64,000 nucleotides of DNA from Macrostomum lignano (Eukaryota). This document shows, one piece after another, positions 37,218 through 48,200 of the stretch. Under the pieces are notes generated by a model. It did no database searches and was not told the origin of the DNA. It saw nothing but the letters and a program-made list of their open reading frames with translations. The position numbers and the translations under genes are program-made. Every line of letters starts with the position of its first letter. Position 1 is the first letter of the stretch. The stretch spans positions 124,001 through 188,000 of the forward strand of contig NIVC01001113.1 of the NCBI GenBank assembly GCA_002269645.1, read 5' to 3'.

Positions 37218-39352
37218 ACAGACAGGCAGACAGGCAGGCAGGCAGGCAGGCAGACAGACAGGCAGGCAGACAGACAGGCAGACAGGCAGGCAGGCAGACA
37301 GGCAGGCAGACAGACAGACAGGCAGACAGGCAGGCAGGCAGGCAGACAGACAGGCAGGCAGGCAGGCAGACAGACAGACAGGCAGGCAGGCAGGCAGGCA
37401 GGCAGCAAGACAGGCAGGCAGGCAGGCAGGCAGACAGACAGGCAGGCAGGCAGACAGACAGACAGGCAGGCAGGCAGGCAGACAGACAGACAGGCAGGCA
37501 GACAGGCAGGCAGGCAGGCAGGCAGGCAGACAGACAGGCAGGCAGGCAGGCAGGCAGACAGACAGGCAGGCAGGCAGACAGACAGGCAAACAGGCAGGCA
37601 GACAGACAGGCAGACAGGCAGGCAGGCAGGCAGGCAGACAGTCAGACAGGCAGGCAGGCAGGCAGACAGGCAGACAGACAGGCAGGCAGACAGACAGGCA
37701 GGCAGACAGACAGGCAGACAGGCAGGCAGGCAGGCAGGCAGACAGACAGGCAGGCAGACAGACAGGCAGACAGGCAGGCAGGCAGGCAGGCAGGCAGACA
37801 GACAGTCAGACACAGAAAGTTCAAACCTGTACAATCAATTCAAATCCCGCAGACAGTCTATCCAATCAGCACAGTGCCATATCCGGACATCAAATTTCAT
37901 ATCGTTATTCAACGCAGAACGCTCTACTATCTGTTTAATATCATATTTCCATGCCTGTGGCTAACTGTGCTCAGCTTGCTCAGCTTCTGGTTGCCGCCAG
38001 ATTCTGGGGAGAAAATTACATTGGGCATCACTGTGCTGCTAGCCTTCTCAGTGTTCATGCTGCTTATTGCCGAGAATATGCCTGCGACTAGCGAGTTCGT
38101 GCCTCTCATTGGTAAGTGGCAAGGATCGCTGTGGGGGTAGGGGTGATCTGGAGGAGGGGTGCTGTGGGGGAAGGGTGCGTTGGGGGAATGCTGTGGGAGG
38201 AATGGGTGCTGTGGTGGGAAGGGGTGCTGTGGGGGGAAGGGGTGCTGTGGGGGAAGTGGTGCTGTGGGGGGAAGGGGTGCTGTGGGGGGAAGGGTGCTTT
38301 GGGGGGGGATGCTGTGGGGGGGAAGGGGTGCTGTGGGGGAAGGGGTGTTGTGGGGGAGGGGTGCTTTTGGGGGAAGGGGTGCTGTGGGGGAAGGGGTGCA
38401 GTTGTGGGGGGAAGGGGTGTTGTGGGGGCAAGGGTGCTGCGGGGGGAAGGGGTGCTGTGGGGGAAGGGGTGCTGTGGGGGAAGGGGTGTTGTGGGGGAAG
38501 GGGTGTTGTGGGGGCAAGGGTGCTGTGGGGGAATGGGTGCTGTGGGGGCAAGGGTGCTGTGGGGGGAAGGGGTGCTGTGGGGAAGGGGTGCTGTGGGGGC
38601 AAGGGTGCTGTGGGGGAAGGGGTGGTGTAAGGGGGAAGGGGTGCTGTGGGGGATTGGGTGCTCTAGGGAAAAAAGGGGTGCCGTTAGGGGGGGGGGAGGG
38701 GTGCACATGTGATTAACAGACGTGTTAACACTTTCTGCGAGCTTTTTGATATAGCAGATATGTACCTCATGCTACTTTACAATTGTACGGCACTAATGAT
38801 AGCTCCTCTGTACGCATTGCAGGAATCTACCTAACCGTCACAATGTCCACCACATCGCTGTCTATAGTCCTGACCGTGTTCGTGCTCCACCTGCACCACA
38901 TCGGCCCGAATGACAAGCCGGTGCCTCGCTGGCTGCGCCGGTTTCTATTCAAGCGCCTGGCGCCACTGCTCTGCATGACCTCAGTGGCGCGCTATCAGCG
39001 CAAGGCGCGTCGCAAGCGTCGAGAGTTGCGCCAACTCGACGATTCAGATCAGCCTGCAGTTGATGACATCACTGACGAGGCGGAAGACGAGTTAGAGACA
39101 GCGACGTGCACCACCACAGCGTCGACATTCAGGCAGCAGCATCAATTTCGACAGTCCATCCGTTTGGATCGGCATATCCGGCGACTGATGCGACAGCAAC
39201 TCGACGATGAAGCGGCCCAGCTGTTGATCAGCGACTGGCGCACAGTCGCCTACGTCATGGACCGGCTGCTATTCTGGCTGTTCTTAACTGCCGCGTTCAC
39301 GTCAACTCTGATCATACTGGTTGTCATGCCGCTGTTTAAGAAAGTTCTTTGA
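30108..39352 (+). CDS. Nicotinic acetylcholine receptor-family (Cys-loop) subunit, cation-selective type, no loop C vicinal cysteines; 7 exons, about 475 aa
   Basis: Exons 30108-30314, 31933-31977 (conserved 45 nt), 33229-33338 (conserved 110 nt), 35961-36158, 36671-36749, 37853-38111, 38823-39352 (1428 nt, in frame). Signal peptide; WLPDIVLYN; Cys-loop [15 protein letters not shown]; GSWTYDG; RRTLYY; [13 protein letters not shown]; M4 DRLLFWLF. Confidence 0.95.
30480..31445. repeat. 20-bp minisatellite (GACAGGGAACACAGTGGAGT)n in nAChR intron 1
   Basis: About 48 units; source of three long spurious minus-strand ORFs. Confidence 0.95.
32020..32792. repeat. (TTAG)n microsatellite in nAChR intron 2
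   Basis: About 770 bp of TTAG with CTAG variants. Confidence 0.97.
33330..33925 (+). repeat. 20-bp minisatellite (AACAGGTAAACTGGAGTGAG)n starting at the exon 3 donor
   Basis: The first unit is the genuine exon-intron junction TATAACAG|GTAAACTGGAGTGAG. Confidence 0.93.
34245..34490. repeat. 20-bp minisatellite (AGACAGGGCCGCCCACCAAG)n
   Basis: About 12 units. Confidence 0.92.
34533..34843. mobile_element. 311-bp MITE with about 105-bp inverted arms and an apparent 6-bp TSD
   Basis: Ends CCACGGAGGAAAG and CTTTCCTCCATGG; GTCTAA on both flanks. Confidence 0.75.
35365..35790. repeat. (GACA)n microsatellite
   Basis: Direct reading. Confidence 0.96.
36200..36580. repeat. 16-17-bp minisatellite (GAATCTTCGAACTTGT)n in nAChR intron 4
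   Basis: Direct reading. Confidence 0.92.
36875..37810. repeat. Compound (GACA)n/(GGCA)n microsatellite in nAChR intron 5
   Basis: Direct reading; it fuses a spurious [11 protein letters not shown] to real exon 6. Confidence 0.96.
38125..38700 (+). repeat. G-rich about 17-bp minisatellite (GGGGAAGGGGTGCTGTG)n in nAChR intron 6
   Basis: Dense G4-G7 tracts on the transcribed strand. Confidence 0.92.
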
Positions 39353-39396
39353 CAACACCATGGCAGGCGCGCTGAAGCACTATCGCTTTTGACGAT

Positions 39397-39762
39397 CTAA
39401 AATGGGAAAAAAGCCATTAAAAACGGGAATTCGCCCAATTTAATGTACTTTAAATTAAATCTCAGGGCCACTGGAATATTTAAAAGAGAACAAAGGGCCC
39501 GGAAACAAAACAAAAGTAACTCAGAACTTCTTGAGCGTAGATTTTCATCGAATTTCTCAACCAAGAATTCTCTTATTTTCTGATCGGCCTTGCACAATTC
39601 TTCTTTCTGACCACCGCGAGGAAGGGATTCCACTCTGCCATCGAGTCGAAAGTTGGCAAAGATTTGGAATGCGGTTGTTTTCTTGATTTGCAGGATTCTT
39701 GCAGCTCCTGCTATGGATGACCCTTGTTGAATTGCATCAATCACCCGCTTGCTTTTTCCCAT
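39397..39762 (-). pseudogene. Tc1/IS630-like transposase N-terminal HTH remnant
   Basis: QGSSIAGAARILQIKKTTAFQI...GRVESLPRGG resembles the paired-like HTH of Tc1-type transposases; no catalytic domain follows. Confidence 0.5.
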
Positions 39763-40549
39763 ATTGAATGTCCAAAGTTATAGTCTATGGCCAAGCCTCC
39801 CTCAGTGGGCTTTACTAAACTGCTTAAGTCCATGACTGGGATGTGATCTGCGGCTTGAATGTCTATGGCGTCCCGTTTTAATTGTTCAAAATAATAAAAA
39901 AGTTAATATAATAATTACTTCGGGTGTGTCATAAGTAATGTCACTGCAGGCTTCTGTCTAAAACCTTTATGTACATAACACTGGCCTGTTCACACGCGCT
40001 CCTTCGAATAAACTTTTTCTTGACCACATCATGGAGCTGAGATCCGCAGCTTTCATTTGAATCAAGTTACAATTGAAACGGACTGAAATTATGTCCGCTA
40101 GAAGACATCGTAGCAAGGGTTCCGGAACTTTTGACAGACAGTATATATCCAGTTCCGCTGGAAGACTGGCATGTGACATGTACAACCCACCAACTTTGTT
40201 GTCGTGGGCCAGAGGCTGATAATTCCGGTTGTCCAATTATCGGTGACTCATCCTGTCTGGAGTCCAGATCTGACCTGTGTATGATGTGCTTAGGAGTCAG
40301 CGCTGCTTGTGGGACGATGTCATTTATTTAACTACTTATTAGTAGTGCATTGTAAGTAGTATACGTGTAGGTCAAGAAATGCATCTTTTTTCTATTTTTT
40401 TTCTTATAATTGTGGTAATCTGTAAAAATGTAAAAAAATAATAATAGAGGCAGTTTCTTATAATTAATGATGGTGTTACTTTTAGAAAAAACTACGAGAA
40501 GTATGCGATATAGCGGCATTGTTGCAGTAAATAAATTGAGTCATATTCT

Positions 40550-42776
40550 TTACGAACCATCCAATTTATAGACTGCACAGTCAGTAAAATCAGTATTAGT
40601 CTCAGAGTTGAGCTGTTGAAACACGTCGCTCAGTTCCTTAGTCAGTAACTGGTGCAGTTTGGAACCATCGTGAGAGTAAGTCCACTCGCCACTGTCCGCA
40701 CTGTAATCAAATCGTTTCGGTCCTGAGGTTGGCGAAGACAGCCATATTTGCCGGTTCGGCGTCTGCTTGTTGATCACGTAGGTGCCGTGCTCACCGAGAC
40801 TCAAAGTGAGCACGCCGCTTGCCAGCGTGACGTCATAGTCGCTTGAGTCAGCTGATTTTGATAGAAGATCGTCAACTTTATCGGCGATTCGTTCCAGCAC
40901 TTCGTCTGTGACGTGTTCGAAATCTCCGAGAGACAGCTCGGCTGCGGGTCTGAGGGAAAAGATGGCAGGTTGTTCTGCAGTGGGTCTGAGGGCAGGGATG
41001 GCAGGCTGCTCGGCTGCGGGTCTGAGGCTGAGGACAGGTTGTTCAGTTGCGTGTCTGAGGCTAAGGGCAGGTTGTTCTGCAGTGGGTCTGAGGCTGAGGA
41101 CAGGTTGTTCTGCTGCGGGACTGAGGGCAGGCTGTTCTGCTGCGGGACTGAGGGCAGGCTGTTCTGCAGTGGGTCTGAGGGCAGGCTGTTCTGCAGTGGG
41201 ACTGAGGGCAGGCTGTTCTGCTGCGGGACTGAGGGCAGGCTGTTCTGCAGTGGGTCTGAGGGCAGGCTGTTCTGCAGTGGGTCTGAGGGCAGGCTGTTCT
41301 GCAGTGGGTCTGAGGGCAGGCTGTTCTGCAGTGGGTCTGAGGGCAGGCTGTTCTGCAGTGGGTCTGAGGGCAGGCTGTTCTGCAGTGGGTCTGAGGCTGA
41401 GGACAGGTTGTTCTGCTGCGGGACTGAGGGCAGGCTGTTCTGCTGCGGGACTGAGGGCAGGCTGTTCTGCAGTGGGTCTGAGGGCAGGCTGTTCTGCAGT
41501 GGGTCTGAGGGCAGGCTGTTCTGCAGTGGGTCTGAGGGCAGGCTGTTCTGCAGTGGGTCTGAGGGCAGGCTGTTCTGCAGTGGGTCTGAGGGCAGGCTGT
41601 TCTGCAGTGGGTCTGAGGGCAGGCTGTTCTGCAGTGGGTCTGAGGGCAGGCTGTTCTGCAGTGGGTCTGAGGGCAGGCTGTTCTGCAGTGGGTCTGAGGG
41701 CAGGCTGTTCTGCAGTGGGTCTGAGGGCAGGCTGTTCTGCAGTGGGTCTGAGGGCAGGCTGTTCTGCAGTGGGTCTGAGGGCAGGCTGTTCTGCAGTGGG
41801 TCTGAGGCTGAGGACAGGTTGTTCTGCTGCGGGACTGAGGGCAGGCTGTTCTGCTGCGGGACTGAGGGCAGGCTGTTCTGCAGTGGGTCTGAGGGCAGGC
41901 TGTTCTGCAGTGGGTCTGAGGGCAGGCTGTTCTGCAGTGGGTCTGAGGGCAGGCTGTTCTGCAGTGGGTCTGAGGGCAGGCTGTTCTGCAGTGGGTCTGA
42001 GGGCAGGCTGTTCTGCAGTGGGTCTGAGGGCAGGCTGTTCTGCAGTGGGTCTGAGGGCAGGCTGTTCTGCAGTGGGTCTGAGGGCAGGCTGTTCTGCAGT
42101 GGGTCTGAGGGCAGGCTGTTCTGCAGTGGGTCTGAGGGCAGGCTGTTCTGCAGTGGGTCTGAGGGCACGCTGTTCTGCAGTGGGTCTGAGGCTGAGGACA
42201 GGTTGTTCTGCTGCGGGACTGAGGGCAGGCTGTTCTGCAGTGGGTCTGAGGGCAGGCTGTTCTGCAGTGGGTCTGAGGGCAGGCTGTTCTGCAGTGGGTC
42301 TGAGGGCAGGCTGTTCTGCAGTGGGTCTGAGGGCAGCCTGTTCTGCAGTGGGTCTGAGGGCAGGCTGTTCTGCAGTGGGTCTGAGGGCAGGCTGTTCTGC
42401 AGTGGGTCTGAGGGCAGCCTGTTCTGCAGTGGGTCTGAGGGCAGGCTGTTCTGCAGTGGGTCTGAGGGCAGGCTGTTCTGCAGTGGGTCTGAGGGCAGGC
42501 TGTTCTGCAGTGGGTCTGAGGGCAGGCTATTCTGCTGCTAGCAGCAAGATCAACTTACGATTTAGCGGAACCACCGGACTCAGTTGAGCTGGCCAACAAT
42601 CGAATCGAACTCGGTACTACACCAATCGAATATCGAATAAGCGGGCTTAACGCTTGAACGCAACAAGCATAGCGAATGGATTTAGTGCCGATTTGATTGA
42701 CAGCTGTTGATGGGCTGCAGCTGGTCAGAGCTCTGCGAGAGAGCAAATATCGGATGGGAGGCTGAAAGCGATGCAT
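40550..42776 (-). CDS. FXN: Frataxin (CyaY family), 2 exons, about 205 aa
   Basis: Exon 1 42776-42559 encodes an Arg/Ser-rich, acid-poor mitochondrial-type presequence and ends at a GTAAGT donor in phase 2; exon 2 40949-40550 follows a TCTTTTCCCTCAG acceptor and encodes DVTLASGVLTL, YVINKQTPNRQIWLSSPTSGPKRFDY and LHQLLTKEL. Confidence 0.92.
40952..42530. repeat. 27-bp minisatellite filling the frataxin intron (sense unit CAGCCTGCCCTCAGACCCACTGCAGAA)
   Basis: About 55 units with periodic 33-nt variants (higher-order duplication); reading frames stay open through the array. Confidence 0.96.
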
Positions 42777-42814
42777 GCAAAAATTGGAGCAACAGTTTAG
42801 AATTATAATTGAAG

Positions 42815-43235
42815 CGAGAACTGGCATGAAAATGGCGCTTTCATTCTGAGGGACTGGCATGGAAATGGCGCTTTCATTCTGAGGGACTGGCATGGAAATG
42901 GCGCTCTTATTCTGAGGACTGGCGTGGAAATGGCGCTTTCATTCTGAGGACTGGCATGAAAATGGCGCGGCGCTTTCATTTTGAGGACTGTCAAAAAAAT
43001 TGGCGCTTTCATTCTGAGGACTGGCCTGAAAATGGCGCGGCGCTTTCATTCTGAGGACTGGCATAGAAATGGCGCTTTCATTCTGAGGACTGGCATGGAA
43101 ATGGCGCTTTCATTCTGAGGACTGGCCTGAAAATGGCGCGGCGCTTTCATTTTGGGGACTGGCATGAAAATGGCGCTTTCATTTTGAGGACTGGCATGGA
43201 AATGGCGCTTTCATTCTGAGGACTGGCATAGAAAT
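42815..43235. repeat. 32-bp minisatellite (ACTGGCATGGAAATGGCGCTTTCATTCTGAGG)n just upstream of frataxin
   Basis: Direct reading. Confidence 0.9.
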
Positions 43236-43629
43236 TACTCCTAGTTTTGATAAAAATTGATAAATTCTTATAAAATAAAGGTACTAATTTCCTGAACTCT
43301 AGAAATAAAAAATGATAACCATTTTCTCGCATTTTTACAATGACAATTAGAATTACTGGTGGTACACAGGAATAAGACAGACAAAATCTACCTGATAGAG
43401 AAAGACGACACAAAGAAAGATATAAAGTCGGTATTGGTATCGGTATCGGCATTAATGAAAAAAACTAAAAACTTTTTTGCTTACCGGCAAACAATTAAAA
43501 CAGCATACATTGTAAGTTTTTACGCAATTGACTAAAATGATCACAGACTACTGAATATAAAACCATTAGAAAAGGCTTGCCAGGATTACAGATAAAATCT
43601 TACAAAGGTTACAGTTGATTTATAGTCAT

Positions 43630-44210
43630 ACATACCTGTAATAGGTGACACCTGTCTAACAGGTGACACCCCTGTCTAACAGGTGACACCCCTGTCTAAC
43701 AGGCGACACCCGTCTAACAGGTGACACCACTCTCTAACAGGTGACACCCCTCTCTAACAGGTGACACCCCTGTCTAACAGGTGACACCCCTGTCTAACAG
43801 GCGACACCCCTGTCTAACAGGTGACACCCCTCTCTAACAGGTGACACCCCTCTCTAACAGGTGACACCCCTGTCGAACAGGTGACACCCCTGTCTAACAG
43901 GTGACACCCCTGTCTAACAGGCGACACCCCTGTCTAACAGGTGACACCCCTGTCTAACAGGCGACACTTCTGTCTAACAGGTGACACCCCTGTCTAACAG
44001 GTGACACCCCTGTCTAACAGGCGACACTTCTGTCGAACAGGTGACACCCCTGTCTAACAGGTGACACCCCTGTCTAACAGGCGACACCCCTGTCTAACAG
44101 GTGACACCCCTGTCTAACAGGCGACACTTCTGTCTAACAGATGACACCCCTGTCTAACAGGTGACACCCCTGTCTAACAAATGGCACTCTTGTCTAACAG
44201 GCGACACCCA
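43630..44210. repeat. 20-bp minisatellite (CTAACAGGTGACACCCCTGT)n
   Basis: Direct reading. Confidence 0.93.
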
Positions 44211-44549
44211 AAAGGTGATAACTATTATTGATTTACAATAAGTTAGAAAATTTTTTTAGAACTAGATGCATTAAATCTATTTGTATTAGAAAATAGTTTT
44301 AACACAAATTACATACTTGAAGTAGTAAAAAATAAAATCTGCATAGAAAATCTTCGATAACACACAAATAAAAAGTCATACACTAAATTAATAGGGTAAA
44401 CTAATAATTTGCATGAAATAGCAAAGCAGAGCTTGCAGAACAAATACTAGAATATTTGAGGAAAAATTCGTTGAGTCGTTTTTTTCTTACACTCGATTAC
44501 TCGATTATTACTTGTACTAAAACGCCTGAAATCGATTTAAACGTAAATC

Positions 44550-45160
44550 TTTCTTAGAAATTGAATGAACTAAACACGCTTACACAGATAGTAAACACGC
44601 CCAGACCGATTTTAAACACACTTAGACAGACATTAAACACAACTGAAAGATGTTAAACACACAGACTAATGTTAAACACACTTAGACACTAAACACATTC
44701 TGGCAGGTACTAAACACAACTGGACAGATATTAAACACACTCAGACAGATAGTAAACACAAACCGATGTTAAAAACACACACTTCGATGTTTTAAACACA
44801 CACAGGCCGATTTCAAACACAAACAAACCAATTTTAAACACACAGATACCAATTTTAAACACACACAGACTGATTTTAAAGACAAATAGACCGATTTTTT
44901 AACATAAACAGACCGATTTTAAACAAAAATAGACCGATTTTAAATACAAATAGACCGATGTTTTAAACACACACAGACTGATTTTAAACACAAACAGACC
45001 GATTTTAAACACAAACAGACTGATTTTAAACACAAATAGACCGATTTTAAACACACAAACTGATTTTAAACACAAACAGACTGATTTTAAACACAAATAG
45101 ACCGATTTTAAACACAAATAGACAGATTGTAAACACAAATAAACCAATGCTAAACACAAT
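44550..45160. repeat. Degenerate about 21-bp minisatellite (ACCGATTTTAAACACAAACAG)n
   Basis: Direct reading. Confidence 0.85.
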
Positions 45161-45240
45161 TGTTTTAACCGAAAGGAGCAGATAAAATTTTAAAAGTTTG
45201 TTTTTGAAGAGTTCAGCCTTGGAGACTCAGGGAGGGAAGA

Positions 45241-48200
45241 CTACCTCAGCCGACTGCCATTCAACTGATCAGCATTGGCCGAGTTGGCCGCGGCCAGTGC
45301 GGCAGCCCGACGATTCTCAGCATTCGAATAGGCGCTAAAAAAGATGTCGCACAGCTGCCTGAGACGGACAGTTCGATCAGCCAGCTGCTGAGGCTGCTGC
45401 TGCTGCTGGGGCTTCTGCAGATGCGGATACCAGCGCAGCATGGACAGATGCGGGTCCCGGCTAACGGAGTGCAGAAAGTGGAAGCAGTAGTGCAGCACGC
45501 ACTCGTCCTTCTGCATCCGGTCTGGCAGGCGGTGGCCTGCGAGCGTTAACGGCGATGTTAATATTATAGGGCCTGTATACACTCAGAAACAGTCAAAATT
45601 TCCACCCTCCAAATTGCGAAAACTTCACACTCACAATTCAACCCTCAAGTTACGCAACTAAGCCGCCGCGAGGAAGGGAAAGTTGATTGACTATCAATAC
45701 TCGTAGTAAAATCATAAATTTTTTATGCAATATTCAGTTAGACTCGCGATACGTGTCGGATCCCCTCGCACGTAGAAGTGCGACGACTCTGCGGGGCATC
45801 CCAATGATGAGGCGGCGCAGAAAGTCCTGGGGAAGCCGCTCCGAAGCGTTTTCAATGGCATGACGCAGAGCTCTCCGCAACATTCTATGGTGGATTCTCT
45901 TTTCGAATGCTACGTTTTAGGAAGTCCCAGACATGCTCGATGGGATTCATGTCTGGGGACCGGGAAGGCCAGCGCAGAGTGCGCAGCTGTAGCTGTTCCT
46001 TCAGTTGACTAACAGCATCGGCTTGGTGGGGCGGGGCGTTGTTCCTGGGCTTGGGTCTGCTTAGTGTCCAGGCCTAGCTGGACCATTAAGCAGACCCAAG
46101 CCATCCCCAAGCGGCAATAAGCTTTGCGCGTGCCGTAGGTTGCGTCACTCGCAATAAGTGAAAAAAATCATCTCGCTTAGTGGGTTAGTGGGTGGAACTT
46201 TTGACTGTTGCTGAGTATATTACACTATTCAGTGGCTACACCAGCAGATCTTTCCAATCGATAAGAGCAGACATACTGCTATGATTTTATTAAACTAATT
46301 AAAAGTTTATGACTAAGTTATAGACTCGTCTATTTATCTTATCTGATTGTCCATTCCACTGGCCCTCGCCACCAATAATAAATGTACATCATACTCTCTG
46401 CCCAATTGACCAACCAGTTCACCCACCCCATCTCTCGTCCAATCAAATCAAATTTGAAAGTGTGAAATAATAGGCCGCTCAAGTGTGTTAAAATAACCGG
46501 AAAAGTGTGGTAAATTGTAACAATGTGTTAAGTGCAGTCATACGCACAGGCACACACTCACACAGGAGTGTACAGTGGCTCTAACTTTATTTATCGTTAG
46601 GCATGTCCTTGGGGGATTCCTTGGGGGTTTGGCCCTCTAACTGGGCGTTAATTGCACGAGCAGAGCCAAGCCGAGATTCCACTTTTGCTCTAAATTAACA
46701 GTAGGAGTACAAAGTCATTTTTTGTTGCGCAACTTCTCAAACAAGAATTAAGTTGCCAGCCCTTCGGACCCTTAAGATATTCAATTCAACGATTCTACCA
46801 GGTTGGCTTTTTTTACATAAGCGCCAGTGTATTCAATACACCCCTGTGCACTAATCAACACTGCGCCTCACTGAAGCCTTTCAAAGCCTCTAAACTTCAT
46901 CAGTACGTCGACCACACGTGTCTGAATCAGCTCTGAATTTGTTGGTCACCGGCCTTAAGCTAGGCGGAGCTTCTCGACCTTAAGCAGGTGGCACCAGGTG
47001 ACTATGGACACACTCTAATGTGACTGCACTTGGAATCGAGCCCGGACCGCTGGTACATCAGAGCGCCGCGCTAGACCACTAGGCTATAAAACACTAGAAT
47101 GTCTATGGCCGACAACTTACCAAAGAGGAACCAATCATAAGCCAGGGTCAAATAGAGCAACTGCATTGCGCTCAGACTGGCATGGCACAGGCCTTCAGAC
47201 CAGAGCAGGCACCTCAGCAGGCTGATAAACATTGGCGTCCTGTCCCAGCCGCTTACGCAGTGCAGCATAATGCCGCCATCGTCTGGGAACTCAACCAGAT
47301 AGCCTAACAGCAGGCGCATGTAGTTAGCGGTCAGCCTGGTCAGGTCCCAGTCTCGATAGCGTTGCCAGTCGATGTCTACAGCGCACAATGGCAGCTGGTC
47401 ATCGAATCTTAACTGGGCGGTGACTGACGGGTTGTGCCAAGCGAAATGCACGCCGGACATCGATAGGCCGTGACCGATGGACCAGACGCGGAAGAATTCG
47501 CAGCCGGGATAAGGAATCACGCATAGCTTGTAGTCTCTGTAATGAGGGAGTTCAGTGAGAGCAATTAAGTTAGGGGGGAGTGCATGGGAATTTTCTTTAT
47601 GTACAGTCTGGGGTGGGTGCGGGGATTTCCCTACGGTACAGTCTGGGGTGGGTGTGGGGATTTTTTTCCTACCGAACAGTCTGGGGTAGGTGGGGGATTT
47701 CCCTACTGTACAGTCTGGTGTAGGTGGGGGGATTTCCCTACTGTACACTCTGGGTGGGTGGGGGATTTTCCTACTGTAGTCTGGGGTAGGTGGGTGATTT
47801 CCTACTGTACAGTCTGGTGTAGGTGGGGGATTTCCCTACTGTACACTCTGGGGTGGGTGGGCGGATTTTCCTACTGTAGTCTGGGTAGGTGGGGGATTTC
47901 CCTACTGTACAGTCTGGTGTAGGTGGGGGATTTCCCTACTGTACACTCTGGGGTGGGTGGGCGGATTTTCCTACTGTAGTCTGGGGGGGGGATTTCCCTA
48001 CTGTACAGTCTGGTGTAGGTGGGGGGATTTCCCTACTGTACACTCTGGGGTGGGTGGGCGTATTTTCCTACTGTACAGTCTGGTGTAGGTGGGGATTTCC
48101 CAATAAAGCTATTTCGCCTGTCAATGACATTAAAGTCACTAATACCAACTGTCTGTAATTATCACACAACACATTTAAAATAGAAACCACATAGACTTAC

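Noticed and set aside
36842-38716. [12 protein letters not shown], Pro-His-rich and Gly-rich ORFs
   Set aside because: Micro- and minisatellite read-through; only 37853-38111 is a real exon.
39967-40331. Small ORFs between the nAChR and frataxin genes as an extra gene
   Set aside because: No recognisable motif, splice structure or consistent frame; probably decayed transposon or UTR sequence.
40801-42587. 455-, 559- and 542-aa repeat ORFs (PSDPLQNSL, AGCSAVGLR, EGRLFCSGS)
   Set aside because: They are alternative frames or the antisense of the frataxin intron repeat; only the frataxin frame connects to real exons.
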